DNA of 64,000 nt from Mobula hypostoma (lineage: Eukaryota): NCBI RefSeq assembly GCF_963921235.1, contig NC_086109.1:19470001-19534000 (forward strand). The letters run 5' to 3'. The translations under genes and the position numbers were made by a program. The notes under the pieces are model-generated. The model had not been told where the DNA came from. It was given only the letters and a program-made list of their open reading frames with translations, and did no database searches. Below, piece by piece: positions 62,480 through 64,000 of the stretch. Each line of letters starts with the position of its first letter. Within the stretch, counting starts at the first letter, position 1.

Positions 62480-62802
62480 AACTACTATTTAATCCAGAGG
62501 CCTTGACTAGTGACACAGAGATGTGTTTAAATCTAATCACAGTAGCTGGGGAATTTAAATTGTTAATTAATAAATGTGGAATAATATATTAATATCAATG
62601 ATAGTGATCCAGCAGCTGAGACTTCTCATCCCTTAAGGAATGAAATTTAATCTTGTCTGGTCTATATATGATTCAAAATGCATAGCAATGTAGTTGTCTT
62701 ATAACTGATAATGAATTGTTCAACAAGCTCATCAGTTAGAGATGAATATTATATATGTTGGTCTTGACAGTGATGCCCACTTCCTGTAAATGAATAATAA
62801 AA
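62480..62802 (+). mobile_element. Ancient SINE-like repeat
   Basis: aatccagaggcc..agctggggaatttaaatt..gatgcccacttcctgtaaatgaataataaaa; recalled similarity to an old chondrichthyan SINE, family uncertain. Confidence 0.4.
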
Positions 62803-62811
62803 GATCAGCCA

Positions 62812-63205
62812 CATGACCATAAGACATTGGAGCAGATTTAGTTCATTCAGCCCATCTGCTATTCCATTATGGCCCATTTATTATCCCTCTCAACTCCATG
62901 CTCCTGCCTTCTCACTGTAACCTTTGACACCCTTACTCATCAAGGACGAATCAACCTCAACTTTAAACATACCCAAAGACTTGGCCTCCACAGACATCGG
63001 TGGCAATGAATTCCATAGATTCATCACCCTCTGGCTAAGGAAATTCCTCATCTCTGTTCTAAAAGGCCACCCTCCTATTCTGAGGTTGTGCCCTCTGGTC
63101 ATGGACACCCCCACGATAGGAAGCACCCTCTCCACGTCTACTGCAGACCTTTTAATATTCCATAGGTTTCAATAAAATCCTCCCCCAGCCCCATTCTTCT
63201 AACTG
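62812..63205 (-). mobile_element. CR1 3' end
   Basis: ORF 62890-63135 TRGHNLRIGG.PFRTEMRNFLSQRVMNLWNSLP. Confidence 0.88.
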
Positions 63206-63867
63206 CTCTAATCCGAGCAGTTAATGCACATGGGATCAATTGGCACTTGCATTTTTTTGGAAGCTGTACTATTATAGATGCAACATGGAGATTAGTTGAG
63301 TCCAAGCTTGTGAAGGATCTGAATGAGAACAGTGCTGTTTGTAATCTCCAGTTTTGTTTAGAGCACAGCTGGGGTATCTTCCAGGATCAATCGCTCCAAC
63401 ACAATCAAATGGCTTTCTAGGTCAACAGAGCCAAAGGCAATTCTGTGAATGAAAGGAGCCTGTCCTCAGTGGGCACTCCAGGAGGGGCAGTTGGGCTGTT
63501 AAGATCACCAGACTTCAGTACTGTAGCATTAGCTTTTGTTAATAACAAAAGCTCGAGGTTTTTGTCACAATGAATTGTTCCACCTCTGAGCCAGAGAGTG
63601 AAAGGTTCAAACCCAACCTCGAAAAATATCCAGTTGAGTAGAAAGTAGAATAAAGCCTCACTGTATACCAGGTAAAGGTCCTTTGAAAACCCGGTGCTTG
63701 GTTGGTTCAATGATAAAACTTGGTCAGATCAGTTGAGTTCAAGACCATCTCCAAGGCAGCCCTGTGAGAGAGATTAGAATGAAAGCTCCGACAAGTGGGT
63801 TGACACTCAGCTGAACTGGAGCTTTATTGGTGTTGCAGACTGGTGTTAAATGGGTGGCTCCTTCCCT

Positions 63868-64000
63868 TCATCATTAAGGATCTCCACCACCCAGGAGATG
63901 CTCTCTTCACACTGTTACCGTTGGGAAGGAGGTACAGAAGCCTGAGGGCACACACCCAGCGATTCAAAAGCAGTTTCTTCCCCTCTGCCATCCAATTCTT
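63868..64000 (+). mobile_element. Rex1-type LINE 3' coding fragment
   Basis: IIKDLHHPGDALFTLLPLGRRYRSLRAHTQRFKSSFFPSAI; runs off the window end. Confidence 0.8.

Overview
This is repeat-dense vertebrate DNA with no host protein-coding exon that I can support. The HE1-type V-SINEs and the CR1/Rex1/Penelope mix suggest a cartilaginous fish, probably a ray (inference). Every long ORF is a retroelement remnant or an antisense shadow of one. Contents: many CR1 3' fragments, one with a near-intact RT; Rex1/Babar-type LINE pieces; a 5'-truncated R4/Dong-clade element (RT plus restriction-like endonuclease) split by two CR1 insertions; two age classes of Penelope-like elements (PLEs); three internally deleted Tc1 copies; four copies of an ~80-bp hAT MITE; several tRNA-derived SINE families; a probable solo LTR; and minisatellites. 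The most interesting signal is a minimal type-I hammerhead ribozyme motif in every PLE terminal repeat (AGTC-CTGACGA-A-GGG-TCTCGG-CCC-GAAAC-GTC-GACT). At 55.2-58.1 kb two such motifs lie in tandem 1150 nt apart, in a composite PLE insertion that carries a GA-rich spacer and interrupts one arm of a local inverted duplication. Family names come from motif recognition, not database searches. Boundaries of old repeats are approximate.
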